Shown: positions 39,017-51,945, counted from the stretch's first letter. The stretch: 64,000 nucleotides of DNA from Bigelowiella natans CCMP2755 (GCA_000320545.1 ADNK01001636.1:1-64000); one strand, 5' to 3'. Notes: generated from the letters alone by a model not told the origin. Made by a program: numbers and translations.

Positions 39017-40558
39017 ATGGCAAATTGGAGCACCATGAGCTGTGATCGGACAGGCGCCACTTTTCACAATTCCGAGACCCTGCCCTCAGACCTCCATCAT
39101 GATCCCGACGTTCCCGCTTGCAAGAGCCCCTCCGCAGTCCGAGAGAAGACAGAATCAAAGTGGAAATGCGTGCACGGCACTGTCCTTGATTTTGTGGCTG
39201 AGAAGAGCCGCTCCAAGTTCAAAGCGTTGAAGCGAAGCATCACGGGGAAGCCAGGTTTCGCAGGGTCCGGTGCACTCTGTGGTTTTTCATCCAACGAAGG
39301 ACAAGGTGTTCGTCGCCGGTGCAGACAAATCCATGCACGTGTTTGATTGCATCGAGAACTCGGTCGCGTCGAAGAAGCACGGAGCGGGGTGCATCAACTC
39401 TGTGGTTGTTTCACCCTGTGGCAATTGCACGGCGAGTGGGGCTTGTGATGGGAATCTGCGGATCTGGAACCTGAAGGCAAATCTCACGGTGCACACGAAT
39501 GCCCACTCTGACTGGATCACGACGCTTGCCTTTTCTGGAAATGGCAGAATTTTGGCTTCTGATGACTGCTCGGGGACGGTGTTTTTGTGGCATTTGAACG
39601 TCAGAACTCAAACCCATCAGTGCACGTCGTGATGAAACACTGTCCTGTGCGAATTCATTGTCACACGAATTGTGGCAAAGTGTGCTCAGACATCAGGGCA
39701 AATTGTGCATGAAACACGATGACAAAATGTCTGCACTTTGCAGCACGATGATTGGGAATGTGATGTGTTCGTGTGATGGCAATCAACTGAACACGTCACA
39801 ATGCAATTTCCTGAAAACAAGCTTCCAGAGCTTGCACAAACTCTCAATCAATTCAGTCAAATGCACTTCACGCAAGTGCGACTGGCATTTGCATTGAGAA
39901 TCAAGTGCAAACAGAGGCGATGTCAACACACCGTGAAATTGAACAGAAGCCGTCAACTGCGCACGCAACCAGCGAACCAGCTGACAGACACTCAACTCAA
40001 CATTGCCCTCGAACAGCGAGGTGAACAGAGTCACGTTGATGCCCACACGCATGAACGCAACACAAATGCAATCATTCATCAGGGTTTCAAATGAGATCAA
40101 ATTGCAATCATTTGAACTTGCGCAATCGCTTCTCAACGCCACGGGTTGTGGCCTCAATGAAGGAAAGACGATCAATGGCCATCTTCGATGGAAAACCTTC
40201 AGCCATGGCTGGATTCTCTGCTTGGCATTCAAGATTGGAGGCAAAGATCAGACAGCTAGGCCCGAACTTTGGGATGATGCCAGGAAGGACAGGAGTTTTC
40301 AGCGGCATCAAACGTGACACCACAGGAGAGACCAAACTTCTCATTTCTCACACCAGGAATGAGGTTTCACAAGCTCTGGAAACTCCAATCGCCCGAAAAT
40401 TGGAAACGAACAAAACAAAGAGAAAGAAAGATGAGGGAAAACAGGATCAGGCAGAAATGCAAACTCTTTGCAATTTTTGCTCACTGAAAACATGGGACAC
40501 CATCCTGACGCACGTCACTGATGATGTGATTCAAGAACTGGTGATTGCTGGTGCAAAG
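39017..40558 (+). pseudogene. WD40-repeat protein, intronless, hypermutated and frameshifted
   Basis: INSVVVSPCGNCTASGACDGNLRIWNL, AHSDWITTLAFSGNGRILAS...GTVFLWHL, GGKDQTAR..LWD. Confidence 0.75.
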
Positions 40559-42865
40559 TGCAGTCACACATCATCCTGATGCATGCATGCACACGTGTCG
40601 CGCCTGGTTGCGGCGGACATGCGGACACAGCGTGGCGCTCATGGGCGCCCATTGTCGCCATTGTCGTTGCGTTGGCGCCCACACTGGCGCCTGTTCAGCG
40701 GCCCGTTGGCAGGGGGCGCTTGGGACGCAACCAGGCGCGACACGTGTGCATGCACACATCAGGATGATGTGTGACTGCATCATCCCCCCTTTCTTTTGAG
40801 TTCGCAAGAACTCAAGACGACACGTGAGGTCCGTGGTGAGCCGGCCTCCTGTTCCTCTTCCCCTCCAGTGCGGGAGGTCCGTCCTCGTCTTCTTCCCCAC
40901 TGCTCGAAGACTCAGACGGTGAGGAGTCACTGCTCTCCTCATCCGAGCTCACCTCCTCCACCTCAGGTGGTGCTCTGAAGCGTCCCAGAGGGCTGAGGTG
41001 CTTCGCGTGCACGGCAGCACAGTGCCCAGTCCTCTCGTCTGCCACCCGGTGAGTGTCACTCCGTCCATTGACGGAAACCATTGCAACTGGACCTGTCTTC
41101 ATCAGGTCACACTTGGTGGTGACGGGATTGCTCTTCCTGCTGTCCTCTCGGTGAAGCCACACGTGATCCCCCACACCACGGTCTGCACACTTCGTTTTCA
41201 GGCTGGCGTTTCTCGTGAAATCAGCCTTGAACTTGGCCTCGTCTCGCAAGGTGGCAAACAGCACCCTTGCGTTTTGGATGCGTCGCAATCGCACGTCCAT
41301 GTCGTTCACGTTTCTGCGATCCTCCGCAGTGCATCCCCTCGTTTGCTTTGTCTCCACATCAGGGAACAGTTCAGGCTGGAACCCAAACAGGAGCATCGCT
41401 GGAGAACACCCCCGAGTGTTCGTCAAGGTGTTGACAGCGAACACTGTGGGCTCCAGGTGGTCTGCCCAATTGCCTTTCGCATCCACGTTTTGCACCAGCT
41501 GGGACAGTGCTCCCTCGTTGTGTGCCCTGTGCTTTCTCTCCAAGTCACTGTTTCCCTGTGAATTCTTCACAGGTGTTTTGACGTGCCTGTGACGAAGCCT
41601 GTTGGCTGGACGTTTGAAGGTCTTGTTGACAAACTCCGTCCCCCAATCCGTGATGATCCTCTCAGGTGCACCGTGAGTCGTCACCACGTCCAGCAAGAAA
41701 TCGGCTGCCTTCCTCGCGTTCAGGGTCTTCGTCGCTTTGGCCATCAGGTGACCAATGGACAAGGTGCTGCAGGCAAGAACGCAGTGCTTCTCACCCGACA
41801 CACGCCCAACAGCATCCAAGCTGATGGCATCCATCATTGACGTGCATTTGTTTTGAGCGCACGGTGATTTTTTCAACTTTGTCTCAGCTCTGATGCACAC
41901 TTGACAGCCCTTCACGCAGGTCCTGCACTCCCTGTTTGGTCCCAGCCAATGGCAAGACTTCATTGTTCTCGCAGCCAGGTCAGTGGCGTCACGGTGGTTC
42001 GACAAGTTGTCGACGTGATGGGCATCCAGTGTGCGCAATCTGCATTCCTCAGGAACGCAGGTGAGCAAGGGAACCGCTCCCCCCACTTCGAACGATCCTG
42101 TCTTGTGCAATGGCTCGCCTTCGATGCGATGCTGAGACTTCACCAACTCGTGGTTCTCATCATCAGCGTTCTCCAAGGCCGCAAAGTGCTTCGCAAAGTC
42201 TCTGCGCTGCTCCTCCTTCAAGGCATCTTTGTCCGGCAATGCGGTTGTCTTGATGCTGGCCTCCATGGAGTCAGTCTCACGTGTCACATCACTGATTTCC
42301 CAAACGGTGGTTTCAGCAAGGGGTGATCCCCATTCGTTTTCCATTGCCAATGTCTCGGTGGGATGCACCTCAAGGTTTTTGTCCCCACTTCCCTCCTTGC
42401 ATCCTTTCAGGTGCTCTTCTGCTGCTTCGTGCTGGTCAGGGAACAAGGTCTTTGATGTCTTTCTTGCTGCGCATTTGCTTGTTGTTTCAGCCTCCTTGGA
42501 TTCACACGTGAACGTGTCCGGATTGACGTGCAAGTCTCGCTGACGGCATTCGTGTTTTGCTGTCATCCAGGGGTCATGAGCTGCACTCATCCTCGTCCAA
42601 GGTTCGCACATTTTGTCTTGCCCATGCTTCACTGACCACGTTGCACACCTTGAAGTGATGTGGTTGTGCATCATCCTGACACACGCACACACACGTGTCG
42701 CGCCTGGTTGCGGCGGACGTGCGGACACAGCGTGGCGCTCATGGGCGCCCATTGTCGCCATTGTCGTCACGTTGGCGCCCACATTGGCGCCTGTTTGGTC
42801 ACATTGGCGCCCACATTGGCGCCTGTTTGGCGGCCCGTTGGTGGGGGGCGCTTGGGACGCAACCG
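40559..42865 (-). mobile_element. Decayed Gypsy-type element of a second family: integrase remnant between LTR copies
   Basis: LTR 40559-40779 with a PPT (minus strand AAAGGGGGGATGA) beside it, and a truncated second LTR copy at 42659-42865. Integrase motifs H...H...CHW...CVKGCQVC, ISLDAVG, PERIITDWGTEFVN, SQGNSDLERKHR, GCSPAMLLFG. Confidence 0.85.
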
Positions 42866-43049
42866 GCTTGCGACGAGCGGTTGTCGTTGCGGTCATCATC
42901 ATCATCATCACATTGCGACAAGCGGTTGTCGCAATGGTCGTCATTGCGACAAAGGGTTGTCGTGATGGCACGGGGGTGACAAGTTGGTCACCAAAGGGGG
43001 CTGCGACAGGAGCAGCAAGCGTGTCATTGTTGTCAACAAACAGTCAACA

Positions 43050-46000
43050 GAGAGGGGATTGAACGGAGGGGATTGCCTCCGTTCAATCGACACAGAGGGA
43101 AGCGAGCGGAGGGGATTGCCTCCGCATCGAATTGAGTTTGGGAGACCGACAGAGAGGGAAGTGAACGGAGGGGATTGCAGTTGGCAAATGGCAATCACAC
43201 CTCCGCAATTGAACTGAACGGCGGCAGGCCGAAAGGAAGTGGAGGCAGAGACACGAAGAGGACGAAGAGCAAGCAACGACCCTGGGGAGGTGTTGGTGCG
43301 AGACGGAGTTCTGGCATTCGTGATTGTTGAGACCAGGCAGGAATCACACCGGCGACGGCGCCGGTTGATGTTTTCCGTCAATTGTCCGATGTTGCGCGAC
43401 GTGTTGCGGGCGCAAGCGCGGCGCAGAGGGACAATTGCACAAAGAGACACGACGGGGTTTCTGCACTTGAAGTGCTTCACAAGAAGTGTTTTCAAGGGGG
43501 AGATGCTGATCTGTTGGTTCAATTCGATCGATCATTCTCATTGTCTCAAGCAGGATCGAGTGCACGATGCACTCATGCATTCAACGAGTTGATGAGATGT
43601 TTCGATTCCCAAGAGCTTCCGATCCAAGATGAACTGAAATTGCATCTGCACATCAGAGGATTGGACGACAGTCATGCTTCTCCAAAACAGAAGGCAGTTG
43701 ACGCAGCTACAAACCAATCACCTGCACTGGAAGAGGTGCAGGAGTGGGTTCAGAACCGAGCCAATTGCAGCACAGTGCTCGCTCGAAGTGCTGACAACAA
43801 GCAAAGTGCATCAATGGGCCACAGCACGTCAATGGGCCACAGTGCTTTCGAGAATTCCACAAAGAAAAAGCACAACAAAAACAAGAATTGTCACAGAGAC
43901 GACCCTGGGACTGCTGCTCGTGTTTTCTGCTGTGTCAACTGCTCTTCCTCTCACCGGGGCGGTGAGTTCCAGTGCCGATCGCCGTGCAAAATCTGCTCGT
44001 CCAGACAACACGTGCGTTTCAATTGTCCAGAAAGAAAGAAGGCAGGGGGGCAGAAGGCAGGGGGGCACACAACAAGTTCTGTTCCCAAGGCAACTTCGAA
44101 CCACGACAAGGATCTCGGTGGTTTTTCCAACCACGACGTGGAAAATTCTGGGACAGACTGGGGACTCAATGCGTCGATCTGTGCGAATTGCAATCACACC
44201 CCTGATCACGTTCATTCGGCCACGAGCAGCATTCGCAAATCGATGTCAGACGGGGGAGCGGGATGGCATTTCGTCGACAAGAGTGACATCAATGTGAAAA
44301 CAAGACATTCCATCTTTGGAGCAATGACCTCTGTGAAGTCCACCAGTGGAAAAATGCACACTGCTTCCGGATCTGTGAATTGCAACCAACTGGCATCCAC
44401 GCCAGACCTTCCAGACATCAAAGTGTGCAATGGAATTCAAGCTGACGTGGTGAGTGTTGCAAAACTTTGTGATGATCGAAATGAATGCCATCTTCACACA
44501 TCAAAAGGAGTTTGCGAGATGGATCCCACCTCTTCTCCTCACTTGCCAGGTGCTGACATGGTTGCCACACGGGATGGAGCTCTGCATGCATGGAACGGCT
44601 CGCAAAATCATCACGATGATGCAGGTTTTCACGTGAATGCAGCCCCGAAAAATCCACTCGAGCTGCCACATCAAAGAATGAATCACTGCTCTGTTCGACG
44701 GATTCTCAAAGGCATCCAGCAAGGAAACATTGTTCATGAATCTTTGAGCAAATTGAGCAGGAAACAACTGTGGTCACGTGTTGCAAATGTGCGTCCTTGT
44801 GAGGCTTGTGCTCAAGCTGAAACTCACCGCAAGAACCGTTCCACTGCTCCCACTCCACAAGACCAAATCTCAGCCAACTTGGGCGAAGTCTGGCAAGCTG
44901 ACGTGTGTTTTCCTTGCAAACCAATGTCTTCGGAGAAAGACAAAGGTTTCCTGTTGTTGATGGATGAGAAATCCGGCTACGCGATGGTTGACATCATTCG
45001 AAATGAGGCAGAAGCGGGCACACACGTTGTTCGAAAGCTCAAGTCTTTCATTCCCACTCTGCCGAAATCCAGCACTCGTGCAACAATTCGCATTTTGCGA
45101 ACAGATGACGGTGAAATGCAGTCTCACTTGACGAAATCATCCTTGTCTGAAATTGGTGTGCGCTTGGAACGTGGCGCTCCTCATCACAAAAAATGGGATT
45201 GGCAAGGTCGATGCTCTTGTGAAACAAGTTGAAGCTGGTGCTCGAGCAATGACAATTCACGCCAAGGCACCGGCAAGAGAGTGGCCATTTGCTGTCAAAC
45301 ACTTTGCACACATCTGCAACAGGACCCCACAGCCACGTCTCGGCCACAAGACTCCTCACGAAATCGTGTTCAACAAGAAACCGAACATCACCAATCTCAG
45401 AACTTGGCATGCCCCAGTTTGCGTCTTGCGATGCGATGGAATCGAGAGATCTGAATCAAATCGCATGGCACCCACTGCTCTCCTTGGTTTCCATCTCGGA
45501 ATTCCAGGTGGAAATCGAGGTCATCTTGTTCGCATGGCTGGAACGAGAGCGAAGTTGGCACGCAACGATGTGTTTTTCAGAGAGGACATTCCATCCATTC
45601 TCTTGAACACTCACGATGCTCATGACAATGATGCAGTGCAATCATCTTCCACTGATGTCACGAATGATGAATGTGTGTCTGAGACAATCCATGAACATCG
45701 TGAGACTCCCGGACAATTTCCGAACCGGAGTCTCGTTGCGACAACCACTCCCAATTCTCCACCCATCTCCACAACCCCCTCCTCCCTCGCGGGGGAGCAT
45801 GGCAGTCCGTCCGTTCCGGGGGAGGAAGAAGAATCTGCTCTGTCTGCCGACGTGGATCATCAACCACAACGGACTTCAACTGCATTGGCACCGACTCCAC
45901 CTCCACAAATTCGTGAAGGGAAACGAAGCACAGCAGGCGTCCCACCACTGCGAATGGGAACACATGACGAAAGTCATTTTGCAACATCCATGTGGCAAGC

Positions 46001-47600
46001 TGTCAACAACAACGAGTTGACGACGAAGGTGGTCGATTGTGCCCACTCTGTGATGAACGACAGTCCTGCTCCAAGGTCATGGAAAGCAGCACTGGCAGGC
46101 GCTGACCGTGAATTGTGGAAGATGGCTGTCGAAAAAGAAATCGACAATTTCAAAGACGCCTGGGAACCAGTCAAACCAAAGGGCAATGAGAACTCATTGC
46201 GGTTCATTTTGGTCCTTGCGAAGAAAAGGGATGCACAAGGGAATGTCACACAATGCAAAGCGAGACTGTGCATCGATGGTCGACTTCAAAGGGAAGGAAT
46301 TGATCACAAAGAAACTCACTCACCAGTTGCAAATCAAGCAGTGATGAGGATGACAATCGCCATTGGAGCTCAGGCCGGATGGCACTTCGCACAATGCGAT
46401 TTCACTGCAGCATTCCTCAATGCAGAGAACGATGTGCCATTGTGTGCAATCCCTCCACCATGTCACACATTGCCAGATGGGACAGATGGCATTGCTTCAA
46501 AGCGTGCTTGCTGTGGTGAGAAACAAGCAAGTTTGCTCTGGCACAATGAAGTCAAATCACATCTCAACAAACTGGGATTTGCTGAATGCCGTGCAGCTCG
46601 ATGCTTGTTCATGAAGCCGAAGACAAGTGCTTCACCAGCCGCAATGACACCATTGCACGCAGATGATGGGATCATTGTGTCATCTTCACAAACCATTCTG
46701 GATGAAACAATGGCTGAGATGAGCAAGCAATGCAAAATCAAAACTGACGAGCCATCTTGGCACCTTGGACTCAAAATGGAAGTGACGAAGGACAAGATTC
46801 ATGTTTCCAGTCCTGCTCACATCAGAGCCATCTTGGAGAAATTCGGGTGTGCAGGTGCAAAAACGGCTGAAACTCCAGCTGATCCGCATGTTCACATCAA
46901 GAAAAACTCCAATGAGCGGCATGATTGCAAGCATCAGGAGGCAACCGGAGCATTGCTCTGCGCCCAGTGCACTTGCCGACCGGACATCGCGTGCACAGCA
47001 AACAGACTCGCAAGGTGTTCACAGAATCCGGGAAAAGAACATTGGACTGCTGTGAAAAGGATGATGAAGCATCTCAAAGGAACACCAGACGCTGGACTCA
47101 CTTGCAAAAGACAGAATGAGAAAGAAGACATCGTGGAAATGCTGGACAAGTGTGAACTGACGCCATGCACAGACTCAGACCATCAACGAGATGTGTGTTC
47201 CACTTCTGGACATCTGATCCACTTCAATGGAATGCTTGCAGACTGGGGATCCACAAAACAGACAGCTGTGGCCCAGAGCACGTGCGAAGCAGAATTCATG
47301 GCGGGGAATTCAGGTTGCAAAAAGGCAAAATTCTCAGCCAAAGTCACACGTGAAGTGAAGCAGGTGTCATCACCTGTGTCCAAAGACAAGGATGTTGATG
47401 AACACAAGACGTTCAAATGGAAAGTGAGCAACAAGGAAGAAATTGGGAAACCGATGAAGCTGCTCATGGACAACAAGGCTGCTGCAATCGTGGCAAGCAC
47501 TGGAGAACTTGCGAAAAGAGTGAGGCACACGGAGACGAAGTGTTGCTGTTTGGCAGATCTGGTTGCAAAGGGACGTGTTGCAGCATTTCACGCACCCCAC
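43050..47600 (+). mobile_element. Ty1/Copia retrotransposon internal region, hypermutated, frameshifted at about 45190 and 3'-truncated
   Basis: Knuckle CKICSSRQHVRFNC, protease DGGAGWH, HQRMNH...CEAC, integrase QAD/MDE/LRTDDGE, RT CKARL...GIDHKETHSPV...DFTAAFLN...LHADD, RNase H TDSD...STCEAEF...DNKAA. Domain order PR-IN-RT-RH. Confidence 0.95.
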
Positions 47601-48593
47601 CGGTGCAAACAAGGTGCACTTGAAAAAAAGAAGATTGGGTCCAAAGTTGAGTCACCTGGTGAAAGAGACGTTTTCCAGAGGGGTCTTGTGCAAATCGAAG
47701 TTCGAAGAAGGTGTCAAACTCGTTGTGGGTGAGGCAAACAAGAAAATGCTCAAGAACCCATCGACTGGTTCATGCAAAGCCAAACGTCCAGACGGTGAAT
47801 GCGAATTGCAACCTGCAGATGTGACCATCACATTGAGTGAGCCTGGATGCGAAGAGCAGCTGCTGCACAGGGATTTCGGGCGTGACGTGATGGACAACTT
47901 CACTCAGAATGGAGCTTTGTCATTGTTCCCATTGTTGGTTTCCATGTCCAACACCAGGCATGTGCGAGTGATCGATTCCGCACACAATGAAGAAGGCAGA
48001 AAGATGGAAAAAGTCACAGACAAAGGTGCCAAGTTGATTGCCTTGACGCCTGGAGACACACTTGCGATGCACCCGTTCCTCACACGTTCGGGCGGTTCCA
48101 ACCTTTCCAAAGATCCTTCAACAGCACTGTTCACCATCGTCACTGCCAAAGACAAAGCACGCACGTCAACACAAACACTTGACGTTGTGGGTGCCAGATT
48201 GGATGTGTCTGTGGAACGGGATGGCAAACATTGCATTGATCATTCATCCATTTCCGGAGCAGGATTGGGCTTGCACACCCGGGCATTGTTGAGTCACAAA
48301 AACAACGACAAGTTGGGTTTCAGGGGCACTCTTTTTGAAGGAAGTGTGCCCACCCACGACAAAAGTGAAGAATTTTGCGTGAAATTCTCAGAGGGTCAAC
48401 GTCTGCACTGCACGATGCGAACATCAGACCAAAACCTGGCTTCTTTTTGCAACCACGTGACCATGGTTCTGGCAAACACCTCAACGGACGCATGAAAGTC
48501 AACAATGACAAAAAAACTGCTCAAATCGAAGTCACTGAGCACGTAGCGCCCTTTGACGAAATGCCAATTTCTTGCGGCAACAGTCATTGGTGA
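47600..48593 (+). pseudogene. 2OG-Fe(II) dioxygenase (PhyH-like) domain fused to a SET domain, hypermutated
   Basis: SEPGCEEQLLHRDF...LTPGDTLAMHPFLTRSGG (HxD...H, last His apparently CAT->CGT). Then SSISGAGLGLHT, LASFCNH and, after a frameshift, IEVTEHVAPFDEMPISCGNSHW (SET consensus EI.I.YG..YW). Confidence 0.7.
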
Positions 48594-49494
48594 ATCTGCG
48601 CATGCGAAACAGTGAATTGTCATCAAGGCGTCGTGTCATTTGAATGGACACAAGCCAGCAGCATGATTTCCATGCATGCGAATTGAAGAATGTTGCACGT
48701 GCAGTGATCACGGAATGAGGCGTTGCTGCACATGAATCATGCCACAGCTGCACGTCATTGCGCACGCTGTCATGCTGACACACTGCGGGCACTGCAAGAA
48801 CGTGCATGAAACGACCACGATGGAAAGGCACGTGTTCCACATGACAGCTTCAAATCGGTGCACAACGTTCACTCGACGACGGAAGAGTTGGTTCGTTGCC
48901 TCTTCCGTGCACGTTGTTTGCACACATCCTCACTCAAGCCACAAAACTCGTCTTCGCTGCTGCGATGCAACGTTTTGAGTTTCGATGTCCATTGGGCAGC
49001 CGGCAATTGTGCAGAGATGCGTTGTTTGTCGTGTGGTGGAATGGAGCTTTGGGTCCATTGGGATTCTTTTTGCAATGGTCGTTGTGCAGTTTCAGCACCG
49101 TCGTCTTTGTGCGGGCAATGCTGTCTCTGATGGCGTTGTCATTGTCTTTCTTGTCATCGCAATTCACTTCCATCGTCTTCCGCTTCCTGCCCTTGTCACC
49201 AAGTGTTGTTTTGTGCAGACATCCTGTGCGCACCACGTTGCAGTGATTTCTCATCACCTTTTTGTGCGCACTTGGAGTGTTGTTCAACAAGGTTTCATCC
49301 AACTTTTTCTGTTCATCTCGAGGCAGTGACTTGCAGGTGGCCAAGAAAGCCAATTCTTTGCTGGTCAGTTTGGACGATGAGTCATCATCGCAAATGATGG
49401 CAGCAGTTTGGTTCATGGCAGCTGTGGTGGTGGTCAGGCTGCAGGTCCGGTCCGGGGTGTGGTCGATCACGGGACAATTCTCTGACTCAAAATC

Positions 49495-49710
49495 GGGCAT
49501 TGAACACTCATCATCAAATCGGTGTTCAATGCTCATCATTGAATCGGCATTCAATGCTCATCATCAAATCGGCATTCAATGCTCATTGTCAAATCGGTGT
49601 TCAATGCTCATTGTCAAATCGGTGTTGACCACTTGTTTGCAAATCAGTGTCGAGTGCTTGTTTGCAAATCAGCATCGAGTGCTCGTTTGATGATCAGCAT
49701 CGAGCATTGC
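49495..49710. repeat. Degenerate tandem repeat with a unit of about 24 bp
   Basis: TCAATGCTCAT(CA/TG)TCAAATCGG(CA/TG)T units. Confidence 0.85.
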
Positions 49711-50289
49711 TCACTTGATGCGACTGCCCCTCGCTCATCTGTGCCCTTGCCAACAAGTGAAGACAAGGTGAACACCGGGCTGGAAGAGATGCTGTCCCAG
49801 GTTCGTTCTTTGGAACGTGGAATGACACTCTTGGAATCAATGGTGCTGCAGGCCATCACAACTCTGCCTTCAAAACCAGACCAAAAGGGTGTCAAAAGAA
49901 ACCGAGGTGGGCCTCGCAAACGCAAGAAGACACCGTGTGAGATGCAAATGGCCACAGCAACAGTGAAGAACGAGCGTGGTGTCCAAACAGCCAAACCAGC
50001 TGGAAGGAGCAAACGAAACAAACGCGCACCAGATGCACACGGAACCTGTTTGCGAAAGTGACATTCGGAACGTGGGAAACTTGGCATTGGACATCAGAAA
50101 GCAGCGCGATTGTGGCCATCCACGACAGAGAGCAGCACGTTGAGCTTGCTTGTCCAAGGTGTGGATCGCAATGATGTCATGCTCTTTGCAAACACTCACC
50201 CAGACGGGCACAGATCGCAACAATGTTGCGATGCAGATGCTTGCAAACACTCGTGTGTTTTTGCGTTTGGCCATTCTGGCGAAGCGGCA

Positions 50290-51474
50290 CATTGCAGATT
50301 TGCCGTGCGACTGTTCCGAACACGTGAGATCAAAATCGTTGAAATCAATGAAAACTTCGCTGCTTCCCCCCGCTGACACTGTGCGTGTTGGAAGACCCTC
50401 ATCGTCTGAGTGTGAAACCCTGCTTTTCACTTCCGTGTTTTTCGTGCACCGATGATCTGCGTCAGCCAGTCGTTCGCACAGCGATTTCAGCATCACGACA
50501 ACTTCTTTCCAATTCGAAGTGTGGTCATTCAACGTGCCAATGTGTGCTTTTTTGCGGCTTCGTTCGGATGGGGCATGCGGGCCAAGACAGTCAACTTCCA
50601 ACCAGAGCAACGTGCCAAAAAGACTCCCGTGTTTTTGCAAGTTGAACGTGGCAGACGCAGTTTGCATGTTCTCTTGAGTGATTGGAACGTTGTGTGCCCA
50701 CTTCTCCAGTGTGACCCCTGTCTCTGATGGAGCACACTTGCCGAACCCTCTCCCTTCCATGAGACGTTCAGTGATGAAGCAATTGTTGAGATGCCTCTGT
50801 GCGGGTCGAGTGATGGGGGTCGTTTCAGTTGATGCACTGAATGGCACAGACACCCCGATGTCGAACTTTTGACACGTGTCTTTTGACGTCCCGACCATTC
50901 CTTCCGTCGACATCGTGTTCCCCAATGGTTCATGCACCAACACGTCGATGTGTGGTTTCCGATCGTGCAGTCCAAAATCGGATGGTGTCACATCAAACGA
51001 AAACTTGTTGACCATTCGAAACTCTGATTTTGTTGCACTCTTCAATGCATCCATCGCTTTGACCACAGAGTCCCGAATGACATCAATGCCGAGCAAAAGA
51101 AGCTGTTTTGGGTCTTGCTTGAGGTCCACCTCCCACAATTTTGCAGATTTCTCAAGCCACAACGCATGGGCCCCAGTTCCAACATCCAGAATCGTGATTC
51201 TTTCATTTTTTTTCGCTGACATTTCGAGATGGATGCGAAGAGCGGCGATGCAGGCATTGTTTCGTGAAGAGTCATTGGACACAGCCTCGCAGTTGTCTTT
51301 TCTGCAGGAACGCTCGGCCTGTTCCCCTTGATGGCGCACCTTCTTCACTCCCACGTGAGCAACTTTGCAATCTTTGTGCGAAAACACTTCGGATGCACTT
51401 TCACGTTTTTCATTTGGACCTCCTTGCTTCTTTCCCTTTCGTTGGGTGATGAACTTTCGTTTGCGACGAGGCAT
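50290..51474 (-). pseudogene. Protein arginine methyltransferase (PRMT)-like class I SAM methyltransferase, intronless, hypermutated
   Basis: NDSSRNNACIAAL (D..RN.AY..A), motif I ILDVGTG, double-E loop DVLVHEPLGNTMSTEGM, VPFSA...TPI, GTLLWLEV, SNWKEVV (THW-like). No Tyr in the 534-aa ORF 49870-51474. Confidence 0.75.
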
Positions 51475-51508
51475 TGGATCCCTTGCACCTGGACATGAAG
51501 AAAATGAC

Positions 51509-51945
51509 TTTGAACGATGTGATGGATCATCATCAACAGCATGAAGCGTGGTGATTGCACATCATGCTTGATTTGAAGGTGGAGTTCACCCGCCACGTGC
51601 ACTCAGTTGCGACGTCACCCAGTCATGACACTCCAGTGATGAGGTGTGCTGCGTGGGACGAACTGAACACAACCAACAACTTCAAACGATGCAATGGATC
51701 ATTGTCAATGGCATGAAGCGTGGCAATCACACATCACACTTGATTTGAAGGTGGAGTTTGCCCGCCACGTGCACTCAGTCACGACGTCACCCAGTCATGA
51801 TGCTCCAGTGATGAGGTGTGCTGCATGGGACGAACTGAATGTGACCAACAACTTTGAACGATGTGATGGATCATCATCAACAGCATGAAGCGCAGTGATT
51901 GCACATCACACTCAATTTGAAGGTGGAGTTCACCCGCCACGTGCA
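51509..51945. repeat. 172-bp tandem repeat, 2.5 copies
   Basis: Units start at 51509, 51681 and 51853. Nearly all differences are TG<->CA swaps. Confidence 0.95.

Noticed and set aside
48934-49554. HMG-box protein (KKNPNGPKAP)
   Set aside because: Only a short motif matches and the HMG helices do not follow.
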